A DNA stretch of 64,000 nt. Source: Spirochaetia bacterium. GTDB lineage: Bacteria > Spirochaetota > Spirochaetia > SZUA-6 > Bin103. This document shows, piece by piece, positions 1-9,281 of this stretch. The notes below the pieces were generated by a model. The model searched no databases, was not told the DNA's origin, and saw nothing but the letters and a program-made list of their open reading frames with translations. Position numbers and translations under genes: made by a program. The first letter of the stretch is position 1. Each line of letters begins with the position of its first letter. Location: positions 704,001 through 768,000 of the forward strand of contig CBDATQ010000001.1 of assembly GCA_965199955.1 (NCBI GenBank), read 5' to 3'.

Positions 1-1
1 T

Positions 2-1510
2 GTGCGAAAAGTCGAACCGCAGCCGCTCGGCGGTGATGTTGCTGCCCTTTTGCTGCACGTGCTCTCCCAGCTCGTCACGCAGTGCCTGATGCAGCAGGTG
101 CGTGGCGGTGTGCAGGCGCTGCACGGTCTCGCTGGCGTCGGCCAGCCCTCCCTTGAAGGTCTTGTCGGCCCCAGCCTTGGACCGCTTCTGGTGCTCGGCG
201 TACCGCCGGGCGAACCCGGCGCCGTCCACCGTCAGGCCATGCTCCTCTGCGAGCTCCTCGGTGATCTCCAGGGGAAAGCCGTAGGTGTCGTAGAGGCGGA
301 ACGCGACATCTCCAGGGATCACCTTGTCGTCGCGTGCGAGCAGACGTGGCAGCATCTTCTGCAACTCCGCCTCGCCCTTGGCCAGAGTGGCGGAGAAGCG
401 CCGTTCCTCCTGGGACAGCTCGCTCAGGATCGTGCCGCCCTGCTCGGCAAGCCGCGGATAGGCGTCGCCGTAGTTGTCGATGACGCTCTCCGCGGTGGCG
501 CGCAGCATCTCGCCGGGGATGTCCAGCTTCCGTCCGTGGCGGATCGCCCGGCGGATGATCCTGCGCAGCACGTAGCCCTGGCCCAGGTTGGAGGGGGTGA
601 TGGCGGCCTCGTCACCGAGCATGAACACGGCGGCGCGGACGTGATCGACCACGATGCGGATCGACCGGTCGCGCTCGTCATCCTCTCCGTATGCGACGGC
701 GGCCTGCCCTGCGGCGGTGGCGACGATCGGCGCCATGACGTCGATGTCGTAGACGCTGGCCGCGCCCTGCAGAACGGCCGCGGTTCGCTCCACGCCCATG
801 CCGGTGTCCACGCATTGCTGCTGCAGCGGGACGAAGCGCCCCTCGCTGGTCTTGTCGTACTGCATGAACACGTCGTTCCAGATCTCCAGGTGACGGTCGC
901 CGTTGCCCGGCGCGCGGCCGTCGTCGCCGGCGTCGGGGTACAGGTCGATGTACATCTCCGTCGTCGGCCCGCAGGGGCCGGTCTGCCCCGCCGGTCCCCA
1001 CCAGTTGTCCTCCCCGAGGAAATGGATGTGATCCTCCGCGATGCCGAGCGAACGCCAGGCGGAGGCCGCCTCGTCGTCGCGGGGCACCATCTCGTTGCCG
1101 GCGAAGCAGGTGACGTGCAGGTGCTCGACCGGAAAGCCCAGCCAGCGGCTGTCGGTGAGGAACTCGTGGCTCAGCTCGATCGCACCCTGCTTGAAGTAGT
1201 CGCCGAGCGACCAGTTGCCGAGCATCTCGATCAGCGTCAGGTGCGACAGGTCTCCGACCAGATCGATGTCGATCGTGCGGATGCATTTCTGCACGTTGAC
1301 GAGGCGCCGCCCGGAGGGGTGCGGAGCGCCCAGCACGTAGGGGACCAGCGGGTGCACGCCGGCCATCACGAACAGCGCCGTGGGGTCGTTCTCGGGGACC
1401 AGCGAGTGGTTGGGGATGCGCGCGTGGCCTTTGGACTCGAAGTAGGACAGATAGCGATCGCGGAGATCGTTGGCCGTCAAGGCTGACGTTCGTATGGCGG
1501 ACGTTGGCAT
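2..1510 (-). CDS. alaS: Alanine--tRNA ligase, short type; 3' end runs off the window
   Basis: Not in the ORF track. Manual translation from ATG at 1510 gives [43 protein letters not shown] and the editing-domain motifs HTATHLL and [15 protein letters not shown]. Confidence 0.97.
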   Translation of the reverse strand, partial: MPTSAIRTSALTANDLRDRYLSYFESKGHARIPNHSLVPENDPTALFVMAGVHPLVPYVLGAPHPSGRRLVNVQKCIRTIDIDLVGDLSHLTLIEMLGNWSLGDYFKQGAIELSHEFLTDSRWLGFPVEHLHVTCFAGNEMVPRDDEAASAWRSLGIAEDHIHFLGEDNWWGPAGQTGPCGPTTEMYIDLYPDAGDDGRAPGNGDRHLEIWNDVFMQYDKTSEGRFVPLQQQCVDTGMGVERTAAVLQGAASVYDIDVMAPIVATAAGQAAVAYGEDDERDRSIRIVVDHVRAAVFMLGDEAAITPSNLGQGYVLRRIIRRAIRHGRKLDIPGEMLRATAESVIDNYGDAYPRLAEQGGTILSELSQEERRFSATLAKGEAELQKMLPRLLARDDKVIPGDVAFRLYDTYGFPLEITEELAEEHGLTVDGAGFARRYAEHQKRSKAGADKTFKGGLADASETVQRLHTATHLLHQALRDELGEHVQQKGSNITAERLRFDFSH

Positions 1511-1561
1511 GACGAAATGTGCTCGGGCGCCGGCCGCGGTGTCAAACCGCGGCGATCGGGA

Positions 1562-2047
1562 TCAGGTAAGCGGCTCGACCAGATCCTCCGATTCCGGGGT
1601 GAGCAGATCCGGGAACACGTAGACCATGCCGCCGCTCCTGCGCACGCGCAACTCCGCGTGCCCGCGGGAGACCAGGTCGTCGAGGCAGGCCTTGGCGTCG
1701 TCGAGGCTGTAGTCGCCGCCCACCGCGATCTCCGTCGGCGTCACGACCCCGCCGTGCGCCTTGGCCGCGCGCAGGATCACCGTCTCGATCGACTCCACGG
1801 CGCCTGCCGTCTCCGCGACGTCGGGCAGGCGGCCCGGAGACGGTCCCGGCAGCCGCCGGGCGGTCTCCGCGTCCACCATGGTGGGGATCGTGAACAGATC
1901 GATGATGTTGCCGATCCCGAACAGCCCCCACGTGCACAGCCAGAGGATGCCGGTGCCGATCCGTCCCAGGTAGAAGCGGTGGATCCCGGACACCCCGAAC
2001 AGGCACAACGCCCACAGCAGGTAGGCGGTGCCCCGCGAGTAGCTCAT
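1562..2047 (-). CDS. TM2 domain membrane protein with a C-terminal helical (wHTH-like) domain
   Basis: AYLLW...GIHRFYLGRIGTGILWLCTWGLFGIGNIID is a TM2 signature. ATG at 2047 lies just after asnS. Confidence 0.85.
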   Translation of the reverse strand: MSYSRGTAYLLWALCLFGVSGIHRFYLGRIGTGILWLCTWGLFGIGNIIDLFTIPTMVDAETARRLPGPSPGRLPDVAETAGAVESIETVILRAAKAHGGVVTPTEIAVGGDYSLDDAKACLDDLVSRGHAELRVRRSGGMVYVFPDLLTPESEDLVEPLT

Positions 2048-2061
2048 GCAGCGCGCCTGTG

Positions 2062-3375
2062 CTAAGGGTACAGCCGTTGCAGTGTGCGGGGAAACGCGAT
2101 CGCCTCGCGCACGTGGGGGATGCCGGCGATCCAGGCGAGGGTGCGCTCCAGGCCGATGCCGAAACCGGAGTGCGGGACCGAGCCGAAGCGGCGCAGGTCC
2201 AGGTACCACTCGTAGGCGTCGAGGGGCAGGCCGTTCGTCCTGATGGCGGCCACCAGCGCGTCCAGGTCGTCCTCCCGCTGCGAACCGCCGGCGATTTCGC
2301 CATAGCCTTCCGGGGCCAGCAGGTCCGAGCAGCGCACCCGGTCCGGGTCGGTGGGGTGGCCCTTCATGTAGAACGCCTTGGCCGCGCGCGGGTAGTCGGT
2401 GACGAACACGGGGCGGTCGAAGCTCAGGCTGACCGCCGTCTCCTCGTCCGCCCCCAGGTCCTGGCCGAGTTGCACGTCGGCGCCGGCGGCCTGGGCGATG
2501 CGCACGGCTTCCGCGTAGTCGATGCGCGGGAACGGCGGGGCCAGCCTGGCGAGCGGCGCGGTGTCCCGCTCCAGCGTGGCGAGCTCGCTCTCGCACCGGG
2601 TCAGGACGTGGTCCACCACGGCGAGCACCAGGTCTTCCTGGAGCTGCATGTTGGCGTCGCTGTCCGCGAAGGCGACCTCGGCTTCCAGCATCCAGAACTC
2701 GCTGAGATGGCGGCGGGTCTTGGACTTCTCCGCGCGGAACGTCGGGCCGAAGTTGTACACCTTGCCCAGCGACTGGCAGGCGGCCTCCAGGTAGAGCTGG
2801 CCGGTCTGAGCCAGGTGAGCCTCGCCCAGGTCGTAGTAGGGCAGGGTGAACAGCGAGGACGCATTCTCACCGACGGCGCCGGTAAGGATCGGCGTGTCCA
2901 CCAGCACGAAGGCGCTCCGGTGGAAGAAGTCGTGCATGGCGATGCGCAACTCGCTTCGCAGCCGCATCAGCGCCTCCTGCCGGCGCGAGCGCAACCACAG
3001 GTGGCGGTGCGCCAGCAGGAAATCGACGCCGTGCGCCTTCTTCGCGATCGGGTAATCGGCCGTCGGCGACTGCAGGACCTGCAGCGCGTGGAGCTGCAGT
3101 TCGTAGCCGCCGGGGGCGCGTGGCTCGGCCCGGACCGTGCCGCGCGCGAACACGCTGGACTCCAGGGGGAGCCGGGCGGCGCGGGCGAAGGAGTCGGGCT
3201 CCGTCTCGCCGTTGATGGCGGTGGCCTGCATGCGCCCGGTGCCGTCGCGGAGCTGCAGGAACAGGATTCGCCCCTTGGAGCGCGCGTTGTACAGCCAGCC
3301 GGCCACCTCCACGGCGCCTCCGTCGTGGGCGCCCACGTCCCTGATCGCCACGCGGGGCGGCGCGTCGTTCATCAT
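2062..3375 (-). CDS. asnS: Asparagine--tRNA ligase
   Basis: OB-fold FLQLRDGTG; class IIb motifs GPTFRAEKSKTRRHLSEFWMLE, GEIAGGSQRE and PHSGFGIGLER. Confidence 0.97.
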   Translation of the reverse strand: MMNDAPPRVAIRDVGAHDGGAVEVAGWLYNARSKGRILFLQLRDGTGRMQATAINGETEPDSFARAARLPLESSVFARGTVRAEPRAPGGYELQLHALQVLQSPTADYPIAKKAHGVDFLLAHRHLWLRSRRQEALMRLRSELRIAMHDFFHRSAFVLVDTPILTGAVGENASSLFTLPYYDLGEAHLAQTGQLYLEAACQSLGKVYNFGPTFRAEKSKTRRHLSEFWMLEAEVAFADSDANMQLQEDLVLAVVDHVLTRCESELATLERDTAPLARLAPPFPRIDYAEAVRIAQAAGADVQLGQDLGADEETAVSLSFDRPVFVTDYPRAAKAFYMKGHPTDPDRVRCSDLLAPEGYGEIAGGSQREDDLDALVAAIRTNGLPLDAYEWYLDLRRFGSVPHSGFGIGLERTLAWIAGIPHVREAIAFPRTLQRLYP

Positions 3376-3794
3376 GCCGGCTCACCCTTGATGTGGTGGA
3401 GCAACCGCTCGGCCTGTCTGGCGTCGAAGGCGTTCGAGAGCAGGAGGCGCGCCGCGTCCGGCCCCCCTCTCGCCGCGGAGCGGACGATCGACGGACGAAT
3501 GCCGTACTCTTGCACGACCCGGCGGGCATCGCGTTCGTTCACCGTCCCCAGACCGGCGATCGCGCGGCAGATGCCCGTGACTTCCTCGGCGTCCAGGGCG
3601 CGCAGCACGGCCGCCGCCGCATCCCCGTCGATGAGCAGCAGGAAGTGTGCGGCGCGCTCGTAACCGACGTCGCGCGCTTCGTCCTTGGCGCGGTGGGCGA
3701 GCTCGCCGGGGGTGGGCGTGTGCGCCCCGGCTGGAGCGGGCTTGGCTTGGGCGGAGCATGGAGTGGTCACGGCGGCGATTCGTACCGTAGTCAC
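3372..3794 (-). CDS. Stand-alone FliG N-terminal-domain-like protein (about 140 aa)
   Basis: RAAHFLLLIDGDAAAAVLRALDAEEVTGICRAIA...ARGGPDAARLLLSNAF resembles FliG_N. Start and stop overlap both neighbours by 4 nt (GTGA at 3791-3794, ATGA at 3372-3375). Confidence 0.65.
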   Translation of the reverse strand: MTTVRIAAVTTPCSAQAKPAPAGAHTPTPGELAHRAKDEARDVGYERAAHFLLLIDGDAAAAVLRALDAEEVTGICRAIAGLGTVNERDARRVVQEYGIRPSIVRSAARGGPDAARLLLSNAFDARQAERLLHHIKGEPA

Positions 3795-4786
3795 CGGCGG
3801 TACTGCGCGTCCAGAAGATCTGCGACCGGCAGCGGGTCGCAGATCGAAGGCGCGCACCGCGTGCCCCCCCGGGTCAGGTTCAGGCCGTGGTCGCCCACCG
3901 CCTGCCTCACGCAGGCGCCGTTGACGCGTTCCTGCCCGGCGTCCAGCACGGCACGCAGCATGGGCTGGACCTCCTGCAGCGCCTGCTCGAACAGATCGAA
4001 GACGCTGGCGGTCGATTCGTCGGCGCGATCGCACGGGTGGCACCAGCGCCGGTGTGATTCGTTGGCCCAGTCGACAGCGCGGTCGATCCCTACCGGATGG
4101 AACATGGCCAGGCGCCGGCGGCCTCCCTGCTCGTGCCGTTCCATCTCCATCGCGCGCCGGCGGAAGCCGGGGTTGCGCGGGTCGGTCATCGCGAAGAACC
4201 GCAAGGCGTCGCGATAGGCGTTGCCGACGCGCGCGTGATCGGTGGCCGGGTCGTGGGCGCGCGGGTACACCTCGGCGATGGCGGCGACCAGCCCGGCACG
4301 CAGAGCGGACGGGAGCTCCTCGCCCAGACGGACATCGGAGAAGACGTCGACCGCTCGCACGCCGCCGCGGAGCCGTTCGGCCAACAGGACGTCCAGGATG
4401 CGTTCCAGGAACGCGTGGCAGCGGCGCAGGCGCCGCGTTGCCGGATTCCCCGGCACGAACCAGCCGGCGTGGTAGACCACGTACGGGTGCCAGGAGCGGT
4501 CGAGGGCGGCGTGGGTGGCCATCCCCGCGGCGAACGCGGCGGTCTCAGCCCCCGAAGAGGCGTGTCGCAGGAAGGCGGCCACCAGGCTGCCGAAGCGGGT
4601 GCGGTGCATCAGCGGCCCGAAGCGGAACCCGTGCGGCCGGGTGCGCAGGGCGTGGAAGAACAGGTCCGGCCCCTGCGCACCCAGGCGAAGCGCGTTGCCG
4701 GCCGCGGAGAGCAGCTCGCCGCCTTCCGCGCCGAGACGGCGCGCCGCTTCCTCGGCGAACAGCAGGTGGGAGACGTGGGCGGGCAT
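3791..4786 (-). CDS. Zinc-dependent phospholipase C / S1-P1-like family protein
   Basis: N-terminal MPAHVSH, LGAQGPDLFF, H...LD..WHPYV and HAFLE metal-binding motifs. Confidence 0.75.
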   Translation of the reverse strand: MPAHVSHLLFAEEAARRLGAEGGELLSAAGNALRLGAQGPDLFFHALRTRPHGFRFGPLMHRTRFGSLVAAFLRHASSGAETAAFAAGMATHAALDRSWHPYVVYHAGWFVPGNPATRRLRRCHAFLERILDVLLAERLRGGVRAVDVFSDVRLGEELPSALRAGLVAAIAEVYPRAHDPATDHARVGNAYRDALRFFAMTDPRNPGFRRRAMEMERHEQGGRRRLAMFHPVGIDRAVDWANESHRRWCHPCDRADESTASVFDLFEQALQEVQPMLRAVLDAGQERVNGACVRQAVGDHGLNLTRGGTRCAPSICDPLPVADLLDAQYRR

Positions 4787-4896
4787 GGCTGCGCATGAGT
4801 CTGTCGGAATGGCGGCGTCAGCGGAATGGCCATTGCCGGCGGCGCGGCGCACGGGTATTGTCCGCGAGCGGTGCAGATGGTAGAACACGCCTTACA

Positions 4897-4969
4897 GCCG
4901 CTGTAGCTCAGTTGGTAGAGCAAGGGACTGAAAATCCCTGTGTCAACAGTTCGATTCTGTTCGGCGGCA
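4897..4969 (+). tRNA. tRNA-Phe (GAA); CCA not encoded
   Basis: Acceptor stem GCCGCTG/CGGCGGC, D-arm TAGCTCAGTTGGTAGAGC, anticodon loop CTGAAAA, T-loop GTTCGATT. Confidence 0.97.
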
Positions 4970-5008
4970 TCCTGTTCGAGAATCGCTGTCGAGAAACCGG
5001 GCAACGCT

Positions 5009-5719
5009 TCAGTTGCGTTTCCAGGCGTACGGGCCACTGAGGTAGCCGCTGCCGTCTTCAGGCGGCTCGGCATACACGTACAGCAGCAGCTCGTCGGCAA
5101 GCATGCCTTCCGGAAGCGCGGACTCCAGATCGATGCGCTCGGCGAACGCCGCCGCTGCCACGCGAGTTCGGGCGCTCCCGTACAGCCAAACCTCGTACCA
5201 CGCGAACGGACCGGTGACGGTCAGCTCGTTCGCATCGATCGCGACGTCGATCGCCTCCACGTGCCGCCGGGCCTCGGGACCGGTGCTGCCGGTGACCCGG
5301 AAGCTCTCCTCCGCGGTCTGACCGGAGATGTCCTGGACGATCACGCGATAGACGCCCGCCGGCAGTGGCTCGTCGGAGGGCATCGCCAGCGCCGTCGACC
5401 CGATCCAGGTGCCGGAGTCGGATCGATCGACCACCCACACCTCGGGCGTCAGCCTCCAGAAGATTTGCGCGTCGTCGTTCATCACGTACAGAGCGTCCAG
5501 GTCGTCCAGGCCGTCGGCGTCGCTGACCCGGGCGAACAGGGTCAAGGTCTCGTAGGTGCGCCCCTGGCGCAGATCCGCGAACACCACGCGCTTCCAGAAC
5601 AACTCGTGCGCCTCCGGAGCCGCGACCTCGCAGGCGGCCAGCAGGCAGATCAGGCCGGCAACGCCGGCAGCACGGACGAGTCCGCCCCGTTCGCTACGGC
5701 CCGTGGGAGGCAAGCACAT
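5009..5719 (-). CDS. Hypothetical lipoprotein
   Basis: Hydrophobic signal with lipobox LAAC; host-like codon usage; start uncertain. Confidence 0.7.
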   Translation of the reverse strand: MCLPPTGRSERGGLVRAAGVAGLICLLAACEVAAPEAHELFWKRVVFADLRQGRTYETLTLFARVSDADGLDDLDALYVMNDDAQIFWRLTPEVWVVDRSDSGTWIGSTALAMPSDEPLPAGVYRVIVQDISGQTAEESFRVTGSTGPEARRHVEAIDVAIDANELTVTGPFAWYEVWLYGSARTRVAAAAFAERIDLESALPEGMLADELLLYVYAEPPEDGSGYLSGPYAWKRN

Positions 5720-6812
5720 CGGCCAGTCCGGCCAGCAGCGACCGGTTCTCCGGCTCGGTCCCGACAGTGACGCGCAGCCAGCCGGCGAGCGCCGCCGGTC
5801 GCGTCCAGCAGCGCACCACCAGCCCGCGCTGCAGGAGGTCTTCGGCCACGATGGATGCTCGCTCGCCGAGCCGGACCATGATGAAGTTGGTGTGCGTGGG
5901 CACGAAGGGCAGCCCCAGGGCGTCGAAACCGGCGGTGAGCTGCGCCTTGCCGTCGCGGTTCACCTGCAGGGTCCGCCGCAGGAATTCCCGGTCGTCGGCC
6001 GCCGCCAAGCCTGCCGCCTGCGCCGTCACCGACAGGTCGAACGGCGGGCGCACCCGGTGCAGGAGGTCGATCACGCGTGGATCGCCGCAGGCGAAGCCGA
6101 AGCGGATGCCGGCCAGGCCGTGGCTCTTGGAGAAGGTGCGGGTGACCAGCAGGTTGGTCACGCCGTCGCGCACCCGCCCCATCGTGTCGGGCCGCAGCGC
6201 GGGGTCGGCGAAGTCCGCGTACGCCTCGTCGTGGATGAGCAGCACGTCATCCGGCAGCGCGGCAACCAGATCGGCGAAGCGCCGTTCGTCGATCAGTGTC
6301 CCCGTGGGGTTGTTGGGATTGCAGAGGAACACCGCCTTGGTCGCGGGAGTGACCTTGTCCAGGATCGCGTCCACGTCGATCGCCATGCCGTCCATAGCCG
6401 ACCGCACGACGCGCGCGCCCATGATCCGGGCGACGATCTCGTACATGCTGAAGGTCACTTCCGGCACGATCACCTCGTCGTCCGCGTGCAGGAACGCCAT
6501 CGCAACGGCAAGCAGCAGCGCGTCGGAGCCGTTGCCGGCGATCAGGTGCTCGGGCGTCAGGTGCAGGAGGGAGGCGAGCCGCTCGCGCACCTGCCGCGTG
6601 CTCGACTCCACGTAGCGGTGGGAGAGGTCGAGCGCGTCGCGGATGGCCGCGACCGCGGCCGGTGATGCGCCGAGCGGGTTCTCGTTGGAGGCCAGCTTGA
6701 TCACGTCGTCCCGGCCCGACTCCTCCATCGCCTCTTCCAGGGACTTGCCGGGGACGTACGGGGCGATGTCGAGCACGGACGGGTTGGCCTGCCGATAGGG
6801 ATCGAACGCCAT
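5694..6812 (-). CDS. hisC: Histidinol-phosphate aminotransferase
   Basis: KLASNENP, GNGSD, CNPNNPTG, DEAY, RTFSKSHGLAGIRFG. Confidence 0.93.
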   Translation of the reverse strand: MAFDPYRQANPSVLDIAPYVPGKSLEEAMEESGRDDVIKLASNENPLGASPAAVAAIRDALDLSHRYVESSTRQVRERLASLLHLTPEHLIAGNGSDALLLAVAMAFLHADDEVIVPEVTFSMYEIVARIMGARVVRSAMDGMAIDVDAILDKVTPATKAVFLCNPNNPTGTLIDERRFADLVAALPDDVLLIHDEAYADFADPALRPDTMGRVRDGVTNLLVTRTFSKSHGLAGIRFGFACGDPRVIDLLHRVRPPFDLSVTAQAAGLAAADDREFLRRTLQVNRDGKAQLTAGFDALGLPFVPTHTNFIMVRLGERASIVAEDLLQRGLVVRCWTRPAALAGWLRVTVGTEPENRSLLAGLADVLASHGP

Positions 6813-6848
6813 GCGCTGACGCTATCCGATTCGACTCCGCCGGTCATG

Positions 6849-6883
6849 TTGACAGAGAATGCAGAAATCTGCATGAATATTCC
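6849..6883 (+). promoter_or_regulatory. arg operon promoter with tandem ARG-box-like operators
   Basis: TTGACA at 6849-6854. ARG-like 14-mers TGACAGAGAATGCA (6850) and TGCATGAATATTCC (6870) are 20 bp apart, directly before the argR ATG. Confidence 0.7.
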
Positions 6884-7363
6884 ATGGCCGATCGAAGACT
6901 CAGGTTGGCGGCGATCCGCAGGATCATCAGCCGGGGCGGGACCGCGCAGCAGGAAGAGTTGCTGGCAGCGCTGGCGCGCGACGGATTCGCCGTGACCCAG
7001 TCGACCCTGTCGCGTGATCTGCGCGACCTGCGGGTAGCGCGCGTGCCGGACGGCGAGCACGGCTATCGCTATGGCTTCGCCGACGCGGAACCGATGGCGG
7101 GTTCCCATTCCGGGCTGGTGAACGACATCAAGAACGGCTTGGTGGATCTGGTCTTCTCCGGCAACCTGCTGGTCGTCCACACCCTTCCGGGACATGCCGC
7201 AAGCGTTGCGCGCGCCCTGGACAACCTGCCGATCGACGAGCTGGCGGGAACGATCGCCGGCGACGACACGGTGCTGGCGGTGCTGCGCGAGGGCGTCGAC
7301 CGCGACCGGTGTCTGCGCGTCCTGGCCGCGGCGGTGCCGGGCGTGGCCGGGCTGTCCGCATGA
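6884..7363 (+). CDS. argR: Arginine repressor
   Basis: QEEL, TQSTLSRDLRDL, TLPGHA, GTIAGDDT. Confidence 0.95.
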   Translation: MADRRLRLAAIRRIISRGGTAQQEELLAALARDGFAVTQSTLSRDLRDLRVARVPDGEHGYRYGFADAEPMAGSHSGLVNDIKNGLVDLVFSGNLLVVHTLPGHAASVARALDNLPIDELAGTIAGDDTVLAVLREGVDRDRCLRVLAAAVPGVAGLSA

Positions 7364-8391
7364 AGGCGGCAGTGCTGGGCGCGACCGGCTATGCCGGGGC
7401 GACGCTGGCGCGCCTGCTGGCCGAGCACCCGGACGTGCGTACCCTGGTCCTTGCCTCCGGCTCGCGGGCGGGTGCGCCGGTCGCGGAGGCGGTGCCGGAG
7501 CTGTCGCCGCGCGGGTTGCGGGCGGTTGACGGTGGCACGCTGGCATCGGTCGACGAGGCGGCCGCAGCCGGCGTCGACGTGGTGTTCGCAGCGCTGCCGC
7601 ACCTGTCGTCCGCGCAGACCCTGGAGCCGTTTCTGGGCCGCACGGTGGTGGTGGACCTGTCGGCCGACTTCCGCATCGCCGACCCCGCGCGGTTCGCCGC
7701 CGCCTACGGTCAGCCGCCGGCACGCCCGGACCTGCTCGGCGATGCGGTCTATGGCCTTCCGGAGCGGTACCGGGAACGACTTCGCTCGGCCGACCTGATC
7801 GCCAGTCCCGGCTGCTTTCCGACGGCGGTCCTGCTGCCGCTGCTGCCGGTGCTGGCGGCGGGCTTGGTGAGCGACCCGGTGGTCGCCTGCGCGGTCACCG
7901 GGCTGTCCGGCGCCGGCCGCAAGGCGGACGCCGAATGGACCTTCTGCGACCGCAGCGAGACCGCGGCCGCCTACAACCCCGGCACCAGCCACCGCCACGT
8001 GCCCGAGATGGTGCAGGAGATGGAGGCGGTGCGCCCCGGAGCGTCGCTGTGGTTCACCCCGCACACGGCGCCGATGAAGCGCGGCATCGCCGCCACCATC
8101 ACCGCTCCCGCGGCGGCCGGCGCCGACACGGAAGCGGTCGGCGCGGCGCTGCGGGCGGCCTACGGTGACGCGCCGTTCGTGCGGCTGCTCGACGACCGCC
8201 TGCCGGCGACCGGCTTGGTGTGGGGATCCAATCGCTGCGACATCGCGTGCCGGGTCGACGGCGGCGCGGTGCTGCTGTTCGCGGCGCTCGACAACCTGGT
8301 CAAGGGCGCCGCAGGCCAGGCGGTGCAGGCGATGAACCTGCGCATGGGGCTGCCGGAAGAGCGCGGCCTGCCCATGCACGGGACGCCTTGA
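7360..8391 (+). CDS. argC: N-acetyl-gamma-glutamyl-phosphate reductase
   Basis: GATGYAG, ALPH, DLSADFR, PGCFPT, SGAGR, HRHVPEM, DNLVKGAAGQAVQ; ATGA overlap with argR. Confidence 0.95.
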   Translation: MKAAVLGATGYAGATLARLLAEHPDVRTLVLASGSRAGAPVAEAVPELSPRGLRAVDGGTLASVDEAAAAGVDVVFAALPHLSSAQTLEPFLGRTVVVDLSADFRIADPARFAAAYGQPPARPDLLGDAVYGLPERYRERLRSADLIASPGCFPTAVLLPLLPVLAAGLVSDPVVACAVTGLSGAGRKADAEWTFCDRSETAAAYNPGTSHRHVPEMVQEMEAVRPGASLWFTPHTAPMKRGIAATITAPAAAGADTEAVGAALRAAYGDAPFVRLLDDRLPATGLVWGSNRCDIACRVDGGAVLLFAALDNLVKGAAGQAVQAMNLRMGLPEERGLPMHGTP

Positions 8392-9215
8392 CCGGCAGGG
8401 GCACGTCCGCGCGGACAGCGGTGATCAAGCTCGGCGGGCGGGCGCTGGAGGAAACGGCGCTGCGCGGCCTGTTCGCCGCGGAGTTGGCCTCGCTGGCAGG
8501 TGGTGGCCAGGCCGGTACGTGGCGCGTGATCGTCGTGCACGGCGGCGGGGCTGAGGTGACCGCGATGAGCCGCCGCCTGGGACACGAACCGCGCTTCCAC
8601 GAGGGCATCCGCCTGACCACCGCGGACGAGATGGAGGTGGTCGACATGGTGCTGGCCGGCAGCGCCAACAAGCGGCTGGTACGCGCGCTGAGCGCCGCCG
8701 GCGTGAGCGCGGTCGGCATCTGCGGATCGGACGGGCCGACCCTGGCCGCGCAGCCGGAGGCGGTGCCGCCGGGCACCCGTACCGGGCGCATCGACGGCGT
8801 CGACACCCTTCTGCTCGCCACGCTGACGGACGCGGGGTTCGTGCCGGTGGTCAGCCCGGTCTGCGACGACGGCGCCGGCGGCGGCGTCAACGTCAACGCG
8901 GACACCGTCGCGTTCCGCGTGGCGACCGCGCTCGACGCCGACGCCCTGCTATTCATCTCCGACATCGACGGCGTGCTCAAGGAGGGGACGGTGGTGCGGC
9001 GCCTCGATCCGGCGAGCGCGGATGCCGAGATCGAGGCGGGGACCATCACCGACGGCATGATCCCGAAGATCAGGTCATCGGTCGCCGCGGTCACCGCGGG
9101 CGTCGGCCGCGTGCACATCGGCGACTATGGTGCCGCTGGGGCGTTGCGGGCGCTGCTGGACGGCGCGCGCGGCACCGTGATCGCGGCTGCCGCGGACGGA
9201 GCGCCGTCGCGCTGA
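8388..9215 (+). CDS. argB: Acetylglutamate kinase
   Basis: VIKLGG, VVHGGG, NVNAD, GMIPK; TTGA overlap with argC. Confidence 0.93.
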   Translation: MTGRGTSARTAVIKLGGRALEETALRGLFAAELASLAGGGQAGTWRVIVVHGGGAEVTAMSRRLGHEPRFHEGIRLTTADEMEVVDMVLAGSANKRLVRALSAAGVSAVGICGSDGPTLAAQPEAVPPGTRTGRIDGVDTLLLATLTDAGFVPVVSPVCDDGAGGGVNVNADTVAFRVATALDADALLFISDIDGVLKEGTVVRRLDPASADAEIEAGTITDGMIPKIRSSVAAVTAGVGRVHIGDYGAAGALRALLDGARGTVIAAAADGAPSR

Positions 9216-9281
9216 ACCGATCGAGTCGCACGGAACGAATTGCAACACCAATCGAATCAACGACCAGAGGAGAACCTGACC

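Noticed and set aside
2..1486. 494-aa plus-strand ORF and many other long antisense or alternate-frame ORFs (e.g. 2059-3663, 11042-13459, 26232-28922, 58821-60914)
   Set aside because: Shadow ORFs of real genes in high-GC DNA; they are Arg/Pro/Ala-rich or mirror the sense codons and carry no family motifs.
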